Below are positions 22,319 through 34,409 of a stretch of DNA of 64,000 nucleotides, piece after piece. Each line of letters starts with the position of its first letter. Position 1 is the first letter of the stretch. The position numbers were made by a program, and so were the translations under genes. This stretch comes from an uncultured Gemmatimonadales bacterium (lineage in GTDB: Bacteria; Gemmatimonadota; Gemmatimonadetes; Gemmatimonadales; GWC2-71-9). The notes beneath the pieces are model-generated. The model made no database searches. It saw only the letters and a program-made list of their open reading frames with translations, and was not told the origin of the DNA. The stretch spans positions 1 through 64,000 of the forward strand of contig CAWJMT010000001.1 in NCBI GenBank assembly GCA_963844035.1, read 5' to 3'.

Positions 22319-23571
22319 ATGAGAAACCACATCTGGATGGCTGCCGGCCTGCTGGCCGGCTTGGTGCTGGGCCTCGTCGCCGCGGCCACGCAGAACCACG
22401 TGCTGCTCGCGCTCGCGAGCGCGCTGCGACCGGTCGGGACGCTGTTCCTCAACCTGCTCTCCATGGTCGTGATCCCGCTCGTCGCCAGCGCCGTGTTCGT
22501 GGGCGTGGCGGGTCTCGGGAATCTCAGGAGGCTGGGGCGGCTCGGCCTGCGCACGCTGGCGTTCTTCTGGGGCACGACGTTGGCGGCGATCGTCATCGGA
22601 TTCGCGGTGGGGGCGATCATCCTGCCGCTCGGTGCCGTTGACGCCGGAGCAACAGGCGGCGCTCCGGGAGCGGGCCGTGGCCGAGTCGAGCTTTGTGCGC
22701 CGCGCCGTCGAGCAGATCCCCTCCGGGAGCCGGTTTGTGGTCGAGCTCGTGCCGGCCAACCCGCTGCGCGCCGCGGTCGACGGCAATCTGCTGCCGGTGG
22801 TCGTGTTCGTCACGATCCTCGCGATCGCGGCGACGGCGCTGCCCGACGAGAAGCGCGTCGTCCTCACCGATCTCGCGAACGGCACCATGGCGGCGTTGAT
22901 CAGGATCGTGCACTGGGTGCTGCTGCTCGCCCCGATCGGCATCTGCGCGCTGGTGGCACCGATGGTCGCTCAGTTCGGCTGGACCATGGTGAAGGCGATG
23001 GGGGTATATGTGCTCGCGGTCATCGTGGGCGTCACGCTCTTCATCGGAGCGGTACTGCTGCCGGCGGTGGTGCTTCGTGGCGCGGATCAAGTTGTCGCGG
23101 TTCCTGGGTGTCAGTCTCAACTCCATGCTGATGGGATTCTCTACGACGTCCTCGCTCGCGACCCTGCCCACCATGCTCACCGCCGCCGAGGGCGACTTCA
23201 AGATCTCGCGCGGCGTCGCCGGACTCGTGTTGCCGCTCGGAGCGAGCGTCAACCGGCCGGGAGGCGCGCTGTTTCAATCGGTGGCCGTTTTGTTTGTCGC
23301 GCAGCTGTACGGGATCCCGTTCGGATTTTCAGAAACACTCCAGGCGGGCGCCGCGGTGTTCCTCACCTCGATGGCGGTCGCCAGCGTGCCCGCGGCGAGC
23401 GTGGTGAGTCTCGCGCCGGCGTTCGCGACCACCGGCCTGCCGCTCTCCGGGATCGCGCTGCTCATCGGTCTCGACCGCATCCCCGACATGTTCCGCACGA
23501 TGACCAACGTCACCGGCCACCTCACGACGGCGGTCGTGATTGCGACCAGCGAAGGGGAGAAGCTCGAGTGA
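22319..23571 (+). CDS. Dicarboxylate/amino acid:cation symporter (GltP-like; frameshifted)
   Basis: GTLFLNLLSMVVIPLV, FSTTSSLATLP, LPLGASVN, DRIPDMFRTMTNVTG. Confidence 0.9.
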
Positions 23572-24703
23572 CGTGGTTGATCCCGGCGGTGTACCTGCTG
23601 TTTCTACTTCTGCTGCTGCACCGCTATACCCATCGCACTCCGCACCTGCGCTCGTATCCTCCCCGCACGACCGGCGCGCTGGTCTCCGTGATCATCCCCG
23701 CGCGCAACGAAGCGGAGAACATCGAGACGTGTATCCGCTCGGTGCTCGCCTCCACCTACGAGCCGATCGAGATCATCGTGGTGGACGATCGCTCGAGCGA
23801 CGGGACCGCCGCCATCGTCGAGCAGGTCGCCTCGCAGCCCGGAAGCCCGCGGCCGGGTGCGACTGGTGCGCGGAGCCGAGCTGCCCGGCGGGGTGGTTCG
23901 GCAAGCCGTGGGCGCTGGTCCAGGGATGGCGCGTGGCGACCGGAGCGATCTTGCTGTTCACCGACGCCGACACGCGGCACGACCCGGAGCTGATCCCGCG
24001 CTGCGTCAGCGCGCTGAAGGACGAGGGCGTGGATCTCGTGAGCGTGGTCCCGCGCCAGGAGATGGTGACGTTCTGGGAGCGGGTGGTGCAGCCTCACATC
24101 TTCCTCGTGCTCGCCTCGCGGGTGGGCGGTCTCGAGCGGATCAATCGGACGCGGGTCGAGTGGAACGGGATTGCGAACGGGCAGTTCATCCTGACGACTC
24201 GCGCCGCGTACCAGACCGTCGGCACCCATGAGGCGGTGAAGGATCGCGTCGTCGAGGACCTGGCGTTGGCTCAAGCCTACGTGCGGCACGGGCTGAACAT
24301 CTTCCTGGTGCACGGTCCCCAGTACATGGTGACGCGGATGTACCGCAGTCTGGCGGACGTGGTGGAAGGGTGGTCCAAGAATCTGGCGCTCGGCGTGCCG
24401 TTCACGCTGCCGCCGATCCCGTGGGTGCGGCGGATGGCACCTTACCTGATGTGGACTCCCGTCGCTCGTCGTGGGTCGGACCGCCGGTGTGGTGGGCGCT
24501 GTGTGGTGGCGACTGGGCGCTCGCCACCGTTGTCATCTCGTTCGCGATTTGGACGGTCGTTTATTGGGCCGAAAGCGCGCCGGTGCGCTACGCGCTGCTC
24601 TATCCGCTCGGTGCCAGCCGTGGTGGTGGGCATCATGGTGCGGTCGGCGTGGCGCGGAGGCCGAAAAATCGTATGGCGGGGCAGGCAGTACGGCACTGGA
24701 TAG
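23568..24703 (+). CDS. GT2 glycosyltransferase (CrtQ/HpnB-like; frameshifted)
   Basis: VSVIIPARNE, VDDRSSDGT, GWFGKPWA, FTDAD, ANGQF, VEDLALA, WRGRQY. Confidence 0.85.
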
Positions 24704-24726
24704 GAGACAGCATGACTACAGCATAG

Positions 24727-25422
24727 CTACAGCGCTGAGGCAACCTTCTGCGCAAGCGCGCACCCAATAGCGACACTAATTCCAGCCGACCCGACGTGCA
24801 GCAACGTCGCCCAACGCGCTCCACGACCCGACGCCAGCCGCACAATTCCCGCCAGAGAGAACGACACCAGCATCATTCCGATCATCGTGCCGAGGGCGAA
24901 GGCGAGAAAATAGGTGAGCTGTGCGCCACGGGTCGGCGCTGCCGCCACCAGCAGCACGAGAATCGCCGCGCCGCCCGCGAGTCCATGCAGCAGGCCGAAT
25001 CCGAGCGAGCGGCGGACGTCGGCGCGGGGGTGGATATGCTCGTGCGCGGCCCCGCGCGCGTGGCTGTGCAGGTGGAGGTGCGGCCCGGCACCATGAGTAT
25101 GCGTATGCATGTGCCAGCGACCGCGCGCGTAGCGCAGCAGCACCGAGCCACCGAACGCGATCAGCAGCAGCGCGACCAAAAAGTCGGCGGCGGGCCAGAG
25201 TCGCTCCGGCAGATGCAGTCCTCCGACCATGATTAGCACCACCACGATCCCCACGCTCGCTGTGTGTCCGAGCGCCCACGCCAGGCCGAGGCGGCACGCC
25301 GCGAGCAAGGAGCCCTGGCGAGTGGCGAGGGTGGACACCGCCGCGAGGTGGTCCGGCTCGAAGGCGTGACGGAACCCGAGCAAGAGGCCGATGCCAGAGA
25401 GGGCGAGGATACCGGGAGACAT
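24727..25422 (-). CDS. Ni/Co transporter-like membrane protein (UreH/HoxN/HupN type)
   Basis: LGFRHAFEPDHLAAV, His-rich loop HMHTHTHGAGPHLHLHSH, GLLHGLAG. Confidence 0.85.
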   Translation of the reverse strand: MSPGILALSGIGLLLGFRHAFEPDHLAAVSTLATRQGSLLAACRLGLAWALGHTASVGIVVVLIMVGGLHLPERLWPAADFLVALLLIAFGGSVLLRYARGRWHMHTHTHGAGPHLHLHSHARGAAHEHIHPRADVRRSLGFGLLHGLAGGAAILVLLVAAAPTRGAQLTYFLAFALGTMIGMMLVSFSLAGIVRLASGRGARWATLLHVGSAGISVAIGCALAQKVASAL

Positions 25423-25530
25423 GTCGGTCTAAAGATACCCCTCTGCAACAATTCGCAACTCCACGCAATGTCTCGATACCGCTGGCGACGATAGTCCACC
25501 CCACCTTCGGGCCTTCGCTTTCCGGGAGCC

Positions 25531-28500
25531 GTGGTGTTGCGAGAGCTACTCGCTCGCACCGAGCAGATCGACGACCTCCGTGACGTGTTCGGCGCGCTCG
25601 GGTTCAGGCCGGTGTGGGAATCGGTACCGCCGGGACCATGGCTGGGGGATGCGCACGTGGAGCTGGCGGGGGTGCGCCGCGTCGAGCTGATCGCCCGCCA
25701 TGACGCATTCCGCGTGTTCGCGATCGCTGCAGCCGATCCGGAGCGGGCAGCACGTTTCGGAGCGCGAGGTATTAGCGAGCCGCGCCGAGCGCGGACTGGT
25801 GTGCGCGCTCGGAGGCATCCCGCGCCGCCTGGTGTGCGCGACCTGGCGTGTGGGACGGGGATGCTCGAGGGGATCTCGGCGTCAGGGCAGCGGCGTTTGC
25901 GCTCGACCCGATCACCGGAACCGCTCTCGCGACGCTCGAGCGCTGCGCTCCGGTCGCCGGAGAGAGCGCGCTCGCCCTCAGCCTGCGCACCGGGGAGGCG
26001 TTGGCGAGTGAAGGAGTCACGACGCGGTTCTTTCAGGCGTTCCGCTCGGTGCTCGAGCGCCTCACCGACAGGCTGACGGCGCCACGCAGCCGAGAAGACC
26101 GCCACGCGCTGGCGCTGACTGCACTGACTCGCGTGTTGTTTCTCTACTTCGTGCAGGCCAAGGGCTGGCTGGACGACGACCGTCGCTACCTGGTCCATCG
26201 GTTCGATGCCGCGCTCGCCGCGCGGCGCGCATTTCAGCGGCACGTCTTCGACCCGTTGTGCTTCGGCGCGCTGAACCGCCCACCGGCCGACCGCTCTCGC
26301 GCGGCGCGACTGCTTGGCCGACTGCCGTTCCTGAACGGCGGGTTATTCGAGCCTACCGCGTTGGAGCGACACCACGGGACCGCTCGCTGGGAGAAACAGC
26401 GACTGGCGAGATGCCTTCGACGACTTGTTCGAACGCTTCCATTTCTCCGTGCGCGAGGACGACCATGGCGAGTTGGTCGCACCCGACATGCTCGGCCGGG
26501 TGTTCGAGGGCGTGATGGACCCGGACGAACGGAAGCGAAGTGGGAGCTACTACACTCCCGCGGCGCTGGTGCGCGACCTGGTCCGGGCCGGGCTCGAAGC
26601 GGCGCTGGTCACTCGGGTCGGCGCTCACCCGCGGCGCCGCGGAGCGGTGGGTGCATCACGGGGAGGCACCGTCATCGATACCGGACCTGCGGCAGGTTCA
26701 CGGTGCTCGATCCCGCCGTCGGGTCCGGTGCATTCCTGCTGGGCGCCTTGCAGGAGCTCACCACGCTGCGAGTCACGGCGGGCGGCGGCGCCGCGGCGCC
26801 GATCCGGCGCGAGGTGTTGGCGCACTCACTGTACGGCGTGGATCTCAAGCTCACGGCGGTACGGCTGAGCGAGCTCCGGCTGTGGCTCGCACTCGTGGCC
26901 GATGACGACGCCCGGGACCTGGCCCGGGTGACGCCGCTTCCCAACCTCGACGGTCACGTACGACAAGGCGACGCGTTACTCGATCCGCTCACGCTCGCGG
27001 CAACTCTTACCGGCGGATCGGCCCTGGTAGGGCAGCCGCGCCGAGGTGGAGCGACTAGGTCTCGCGCGTCAGGCGTTGTTCGATCGCAGCGGCATCGCGA
27101 AGCGAGCGGCTCTCCGAGAGCTGGGGGCGCCGCGGCGGAGCTCGCCCGGGCACCTGACCGAGAAGGCGTCAGCTCGGCTGGAGGACCAGATCCACGAGCT
27201 GCTTGCGTCGGCCCGCGAGGCCGACCTGTTCGGCAACGCCCGCGGGTGCGACGCCGCTGCGCGGCTACGACTGCGGCGTTTGCGGGCCGCACGGCGCGAC
27301 CTCAGGACGGCCAATCGTCGCCGTGCCCGTGATGGTGAGGCACCGTTCTTCGCGTTCGAAACACAGTTCGGCGACATCGTCGCGAGGGGTGGGTTCGATC
27401 TCGTGGTGGGAAATCCCCCCTGGGTGCGGGGCGAGCGAGTACCGCCGCGCGTGCGGGAGACTCTGTCCGTGCGCTACCCATCGTGGCGCACGGCCACGAG
27501 CGGCGGGTTCGCGCATCTCCCCGACCTCGCAGTGGCATTCGTGGACCGGGCGCACGAGCTGGCCGCACCGGGTGGCGCGGTGGCCCTGCTGGTCCCCGCA
27601 AAGCTCGCGTCGAGCGGGTACGCCCAGCCTTTGCGGCACCGGCTCGCGTCGACCGGGCGGATCGAGCGTGCCGTGCCCCTCGACGGGGCGAGTGGAGCCT
27701 TCGCGGCCGCGGTGTACCCCATGGCCCTGGTGACCACTCGTGCGCAGCCGTCGGCCGAGAGCGACGTGGCCACGACCCTCGGGCCCAAGTCGGCCGCGCC
27801 GCGTCGTCCCGCAGCGCGAGCTCGCCGACCCGACCCCGTGGATCCTCGTACCCGACGCCGCAGCGGTTGCCCGCCGGCTGCGGCGTGCCTTCCCCGCCCT
27901 GGGCGACCGCTGGCAACCGCAGCTCGGGATCAAGACAGGGGCGGACGAGGTCTTCCTGCTGGGCACCCCTGCTCCGGGAACGCGGCCGGCAGTCCGTGGA
28001 CGCGACTTGTCCGCCGTGGCATGCGGCGCCCGCCATGCACCTGCTCTGGACACACGGCTCCGACGGACGGCCGCTCGCCCGGCTGCCTCCCGATATCGCC
28101 GGGCGGCTCGAGCCCCAGCATCGCACGGCTGCGCCGCCGCAGCGACTATCGCCATGGTCCGCCCTGGCAAGTATTCCGCACGGGCCTGGCGAGCGCGCCC
28201 TATCGGGTCGTTTGGCCCGATCTGGCGCGACGGCTCCTCGCCGCCGTCCTGGACCCCGGCGCGGTTCCCCTCAACACCGTGTACGGGATCGCGACGCGAA
28301 CGCTCGATGACGCACACGCGCTCGCCGCGTTGTTCAATTCGCGCTGGCTCAGCGCGCTCGCTTCGTTGCACGCCGATCCTGCTCGCGGGGGATTCCGGCG
28401 CTTCAATGCCACCGTGGTGCGAGCCCTTCCGATCCCACCCGCCGGGTCCCACGTCGTGGACCCGCCTCACAGAGTGGGGCCGGCAGTGCACCGTGGATGA

Positions 28501-28579
28501 CGATGCCATCGCCGACATCTACGAGCTCGATCGCGCGGATCGACGCGCGCTGGCACGCCTGGCCCCGGATCTTCGCTGA
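25531..28579 (+). CDS. Eco57I/TaqI-like N6-adenine DNA methyltransferase with target-recognition domain (many frameshifts)
   Basis: [70 protein letters not shown]. Confidence 0.85.
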
Positions 28580-30851
28580 GGAGCTGGAGCCGCCCCGGGA
28601 GCCGCTCGCGTTCCTGCTGCGCGGTGGCGACGCGGCGCCACCCGCGTCCGTCGCTCGCCTGGCAGCGCGGGCCCTGATCGGCGAGCGAGACAACCCGCTC
28701 CCATGGCCTGCGTGGCTCGCGCCGCACCAGGTGCGAGCGGCTCGACGCCTGGAGGGAATAGTGGAACGGCACGGCGGTGCGTTGCTCGCCGACGCCGTCG
28801 GGTTGGGGAAGTCGTACGTGTCACTCGCGGTGGCGCTCGCCCGGCGCGAGCCGTTCGCCCTTGTGGTCCCCGCTGTTCTGGTTGACCAATGGCGCGCGCT
28901 GCTCGCGCACTTTCACGTCGCTGCCCCGGTTGTGACGCACGAGGTGCTGAGCCGTGACCGCACCCCACCGATCCCCGGGCCGTCGATCCGGCTGTTCATC
29001 GTCGATGAGGCGCACCGGTTCCGCAACGCCGCGACGCGGCGCTATCGGGCGCTCGCAAAGCTCGTGGTCGGGGCGCACGTCCTGCTTGTCACGGCCACAC
29101 CGGTGCACAACCGGCTCGAGGATCTCTTCAGCCTGTTTCGGCTGTTTCTGCGGGACGATGCCCTGACCGCTCTCGGGCTGCCGTCGCTCCATCGAGCTGG
29201 TCAGGGCGATGCTGACCCGGAGTTGGTACGGGGGGCGGTGGCGCGGCTCACCGTCGCGCGCTCGCGGCGGAGCGTCGAACCGGAATTCCGAGCGGCTGGG
29301 CACGGTGCGTTTCCCAAGCGGGTTCCCGGTTGCCTGATCCGCGCCGGCGCACTCCCCGACTCGACCTCGAGCGCGTCATCGCCGCACTCGGCGAGCTCAC
29401 CCCAGGGGCCGGCGCGGGAGCGCTGTTTCGCCTCATGCTGCTCACGCGCCTCACTCGAGCGTCGCGGCGTTGGACGACAGCCTGCGTCGCTACCAGGCGT
29501 TCCTCGAGATGGCTCTGAAGGAAGGAGAGGAAGGACGCTCATTGGGCCCGCAGGAATTCCGACGCGTGTTCCCCGACCGCGAGAGCGACGCGTTGCAGCT
29601 GGCGCTGTTCCCATCGCTGGTCGTCGCCGGGCTCCGGTCGCCGTGCGTCCCGACGATCTCGTCGCGGTGCGGGGACTGCGCGCCGCCTGGTAGCGACGAC
29701 GGACCCCAAGGCGGCGCTGCTTGACGGTCTGCTCGCCCGTGCAAGGGAAGACGATCGTCTTCACCAGTGCGCGCGCCACCGCACGATACCTCGCCCGTCG
29801 TTTGGTGCAAGCGCCGCGTTGCCGTCGTGCTTGGGGATCATGGCCTGCTCGGCTGGAGCCCGCGCCTCACGCCGCGAGATCCTCCGTGCTTTCGCCCCGC
29901 GCGCGCAGAACGCCCCCCAGCCCCAGCGCCGCGCTCGAGACCGACATCCTGATCGCGACTGATATCCTGAGCGAGGGGGTGAACCTGCAGGACGCCGTCC
30001 GGGTGATCCACTACGATCTTCCCTGGAGCCCGGCCCGGCTTGCCCAGCGCGTGGGGCGGATCGACCGGCCCGGCTCCTTGCACGACGCGATCGAAACCGT
30101 GACTTTCCTTCCTCCCCCGCCGCTCGCGAACGCCCTGCGCTTGGAGGAACGGCTTGCGGCCAAGGCCCTGGTGCAGGCCGCCGCGAGCGCCAGCGTCGAG
30201 TCGGTGCGCGGAGCCACGGAGTCCGGTGCATTCGACTGGTGCGACCGGCTCGACCTGCTCGCCCCGAGCCGCGGACGTGGCGGCCCCCGGCGCGTGGGCG
30301 ACGGTGGCCGGACAGGAACCGGCCGTGGTGTTGGTCGTCCGATTCGGCGCGCTCGTCGAGGCAATCGTGGTGGACGCGCAGCGGAGCGCGCGCCGATCCG
30401 GCGCGGGCGACCTCGTGGCTCGAGAGCGCGCCGCGGCGCGCGACCGGCGTACGCCCGATCGCGCCATCCTCGACGCCGCCGTCGAGCGAGCCGGTCCGCT
30501 GTTGCGCAGCCGACTCGGAGCCATCGCGGACGCCCGCTGGCGCGCGGGCGACCGGGACCGGCTGGGCCGCCGGCTCATCCCCTTGGCGCTCACGGGCGCA
30601 CGCGGTGCCGCGCAGCGCGGCGACGCCGCCGCACTGACCCGACTGGACGCCCTCGTATCGCGGCTCGCGGCGGCATGACAGCAGGCGAAGAGGTGTTGCT
30701 GGAGGAGCTCGTCGAGGATGCCGCACCGCTCATCAGCCGACCAGTCTGCTCGCCTGGCACGAACGACTCCCCCCGCCCGATCCGCACCGCCGAACCACCC
30801 GAGGCCGAGCTGGTCGCGGCCGCTCGTCGTCACGGGTCCCAGCCCCCGTTA
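28497..30851 (+). CDS. SNF2-like superfamily II helicase (frameshifted; ends approximate)
   Basis: LLADAVGLGKS, IVDEAH, VTATP, ATDILSEGVNLQ, YDLPWSPARLAQRVGRIDR. Confidence 0.85.
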
Positions 30852-30861
30852 AGTTGCGGGC

Positions 30862-31509
30862 GTGCTGCTCACAACGTTTCTCTTCGACTTGGACGGTACG
30901 CTCATCGATTCGGTCGAGCTGATCCTCCGCTCGTACCGGCACACCCTGCAGACCCATCGCGGCTCGGTGCCGCCCGACGAGATGTGGCTCAAGGGCCTCG
31001 GCACGCCGATCCGGGTGCAGCTGCGCCAATGGACCGAGGACCCCGCCGAGATCGAGGCGATGGCCGCGACCTACTCCGTCTACAACATGGCGCACCATGA
31101 CTCGCTGGTGCGTCCATACGACGGAATCGTGAATGCCGTGCACAGTCTCAAGGAAGAGGGCAAGCGACTCGGCCTGGTGACGAGCAAGGTGCGCAGCGGT
31201 GCCATGCGCGGGCTCAAGGTTGCGGGCCTCGACACGCGTTCGGAGTGATCGTCGGCGCGGACGACGTCCGCCACCCCAAGCCGCATCCCGAGCCGGTGCT
31301 CGTGGCTCTCGAGCAGCTGGGCGCGCAGCCCGGTGAGGCCGTGTTCATCGGCGACTCGCGCCACGACCTCGAGTCCGGCCGCGCCGCCGGGCGTGAAGAC
31401 CGCCGCGGCGTTGTGGGGACCGTTCGACCGGCCGCATCTCGCCGACCTCGAGCCCGACTACTGGCTCGAGCATCCCGACGACATTCTGACCCTGACACCT
31501 GACACCTGA
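30862..31509 (+). CDS. HAD-IA hydrolase (PpaX/phosphoglycolate phosphatase-like; frameshifted)
   Basis: FDLDGTLIDS, LVTSK, KPHPEP, FIGDSRHD. Confidence 0.9.
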
Positions 31510-31513
31510 CACC
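31486..31513 (+). repeat. Heptamer tandem repeat (CTGACAC)n
   Basis: ctgaccctgacacctgacacctgacacc overlapping the HAD gene end; same unit as 11880-11909. Confidence 0.8.
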
Positions 31514-31520
31514 GCCCTCC

Positions 31521-32644
31521 ATGCGTTTCGTCCCCTTTGACCTCGAACGCTGGCAGAGCACGTGGGAAAACCGAGTCCGGTTCAACCTGTCGGAGTCGGG
31601 TGTGCACCCGCTCTCCGTGCAGGGGCTGCTCGGCCTCGCCGGCGCGTCGGCGGTGCCGCTGCTCGACGTGCGTCTCGGGTACAGTCAGTCGAACGGAACC
31701 GACCTGCTGCGGGAGCGGATCGCCGCCCTCTATCCGGGCGCGTCGCCGGAACAGGTGCTCGTCACGAACGGCAGCTCGGAGGCGAATTTCGCCATCTGCT
31801 GGCGCCTGCTCGAGCCCGGTGACAAGGTCGCAATCATGCTCCCGAACTACCTCCAGACGTGGGGGCTGACGCAGAACTTCGGCGCGGAGGTGCGCGGCCT
31901 TCAGCTGCACGAGGAGCAGCGGTGGGAGCCTACGCCCGAGGAGATCAGGAGCGCGATCACGCCGGGCACGAAGCTCGTCGTCGTCACCAATCCCCATAAC
32001 CCGACGGGACAGGTGCTGTCGGACGAAGCGCGCCGGCTGATCGTCGAGCGCTGCGCCCAGCGTGGGCGCCTGGCTCCTGGCGGACGAGGTGTATCAGGGC
32101 GCCGAGCTGGACGGCCGGACGACGGCGTCGTTCTGGGGCAAGCTACGAACGGGTGATCGTGGTGAACGGTCTCTCCAAGGCCTATGGCCTGCCGGGGCTG
32201 CGGATCGGGTGGATCGTCGCTCCGGCCCCGTTCGTGGCGGAGGCGTGGGCGCGCCACGACTACACCACGATCGGTCCCTCAGGAGTCTCGGACCACCTCG
32301 CCGCCGTGGCGCTCGAGCCGCGCGTGCGGGACAAGCTGTTGGATCGCACGCGGCGCATCCTCAACGCGAACTATCCGGTGCTGGACGAGTGGTTGAAGCG
32401 GTTCGGGGACACGTTCACCTGGCATCCGCCCCGCGCGGGCGCGATCTGCTGGGCGCGGTACCGGCAATCCGTCGGCGCGCTCCAGATCGTCGAGACGATG
32501 CGGGTGGAGCACAGCGTGCTGCTCGTGCCGGGAGAGCACTTCGGCATGCCGAACTACCTGCGTATCGGCTACGGCGACGAGCTACAGCACCTGCAGGAGG
32601 CCCTGGCGGAGACGGAGCGGGGCCTCAAGCGGATTCTGACCTAA
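31521..32644 (+). CDS. PLP-dependent aminotransferase class I/II (frameshifted)
   Basis: NPHNPTG, ADEVY, GLSKAYGLPGLRIGW. Confidence 0.92.
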
Positions 32645-32659
32645 GGAGATCGATCCGCT

Positions 32660-33692
32660 CTAGCCGAACACGGCGTGCAGGACCACGTAGCGTCAGTCCC
32701 GCGATTCCCGCCGCGGCGGGAATCGTCAGGATCCACGCCCACACGATCTGCCTGGCAACGCCCCAGCGGACTGCCGAGACCCGGTTCGCCGCCCCGACGC
32801 CCATGATCGCGCCGGTAATGGTGTGCGTGGTGCTGGCCGGGATGCCGGAGTATGTGGCGATGAACAGCAAGGCGGCCCCGCTCGTTTCGGCGCAGAAGCC
32901 CCCGAACGGCACGAGCTTGGTGATGCGTTGCCCCATCGTCTTCACGATCCGCCACCCTCCCGCCATCGTACCGAGCGCGATCGCCGCGTGCGCGGCGAGG
33001 ATCACCCACAGCGGAACGTCGTGCGAGGTCAGGTGGAGCGCCCGGATCGGGAAGTCCACGAACAGGTCCTGCTCCGCGACCAGCAGCCCGACGATGATGC
33101 CCATCGTCTTCTGGGCGTCGTTGCCGCCATGGCCGAGCGAGAACGCCGCGGCCGAGAACAGCTGCAAGACCCGGAAGGCCCGGTCCACGGTGCGGGGCAG
33201 CGCGCGGCGCAGGGCCCAGGACAGGGCGACGGTGAGGCCCAGCGCGAACACAAGTCCGAGCAGTGGGGCCAGGACGATAAAGGCGAGCGTGGCGACCCAC
33301 TTACCCGGCCACACCAGTGCCGCGAACCCCGCCTTCGAGATGGCTGCCCCTGCCAGCCCGCCCATCAGCGCGTGTGATGACGATGACGGGATGCCGCCGT
33401 ACCAGGTGATCAGGTTCCACGCAATGGCGCCCACGAGTGCGCCGAGGATGACCATGGAATCAACAACGCTGGGGTCGACGACCCCCTTGCTGATCGTCTT
33501 GGCGACGGCCGTCGTGAACACGAATGCAGCGACGAAGTTGAAGAACGCCGCCCAGGCGACCGCGAAACGGGGCGAGAGGACGCGGGTTGAGACGACGGTG
33601 GCGATGGAGTTCGCGGCGTCGTGGAACCCGTTGATGAAATCGAACGCGAGCGCCACGAGGACGATCGCGAGAACAATCCACGCGCTATGCAT
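32660..33692 (-). CDS. pitA: Inorganic phosphate transporter (PiT family)
   Basis: NGFHDAANSIAT, PSSSSHA, HGGNDAQKTMG, PASTTH; 3' end approximate. Confidence 0.92.
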
Positions 33693-34309
33693 CAGGCGTG
33701 CTTGAGCGTGATGGACTCGATCACGTTGGCGACGTCTTCCGCCTGGTCCAGCGTCAACTCGAGGGTGTCGTAGATCTCCTTCCATTTGATCACCTCGAGC
33801 GCATCCCGTTCGGTTTCGAACAACCGGCCGAGCGCTTCCTGGTAGATCGCGTCCCCCTCTTCTTCCAGCCGCTTCGCTTCGATGCAGTACTGCATCACGT
33901 CCTCGCCGCCCTTCTTGAGGCGGCCGACCGCTTCGCCCAGCACCGCGACCATGCGCTGGATCACCTCGGTGAGCTGCTTGACGCCCGCGGGAGAGACGCC
34001 GACGCGGAAGATCTGCGAGCGCCGGGCCGTACCGTCCATCGCGTCCATGACGTCGTCCAGATCGGACGCCAATTGATGGATGTCCTCCCGGTCGAGCGGC
34101 GTGATGAACGTGCGGTCGAGGCGGTTGACAACCTCGTGCGTGACCTGGTCCGCTTCGTGCTCGAGCTGCTTGATCGCGTCGACGATCGGCTTGCGGCGAT
34201 CGGGCGCGGCTTCGAACAGGTCATGCAGGTGCTTGGCAGCCTCCTTGTTACGCTCGGCGACGGCGACAAAGAGAGTGAAAAATTCCTCTGCACGGGGAAG
34301 CAGACGCAC
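33692..34309 (-). CDS. DUF47 phosphate transport regulator
   Basis: LEHEAD..FITPLDREDI..LDDVMD..LEEEGD..KWKEIY; paired with pit. Confidence 0.92.
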   Translation of the reverse strand: MRLLPRAEEFFTLFVAVAERNKEAAKHLHDLFEAAPDRRKPIVDAIKQLEHEADQVTHEVVNRLDRTFITPLDREDIHQLASDLDDVMDAMDGTARRSQIFRVGVSPAGVKQLTEVIQRMVAVLGEAVGRLKKGGEDVMQYCIEAKRLEEEGDAIYQEALGRLFETERDALEVIKWKEIYDTLELTLDQAEDVANVIESITLKHA

Positions 34310-34409
34310 GGGCGGCCTCGGGTCCGGGAAAGGTCGCCGAAAACATAGCGGCTGCCCGGTGGCAGCGACTAGGTTATCCCGCTCGCACAACGACGAGCGG
34401 GTGAAGCGC

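Noticed and set aside
25505..25526. Third copy of the TTCGGG box before the MTase (CTTCGGGCCTTCGCTTTCCGGG)
   Set aside because: Only a half-site matches; the spacing differs and TATATT is missing.
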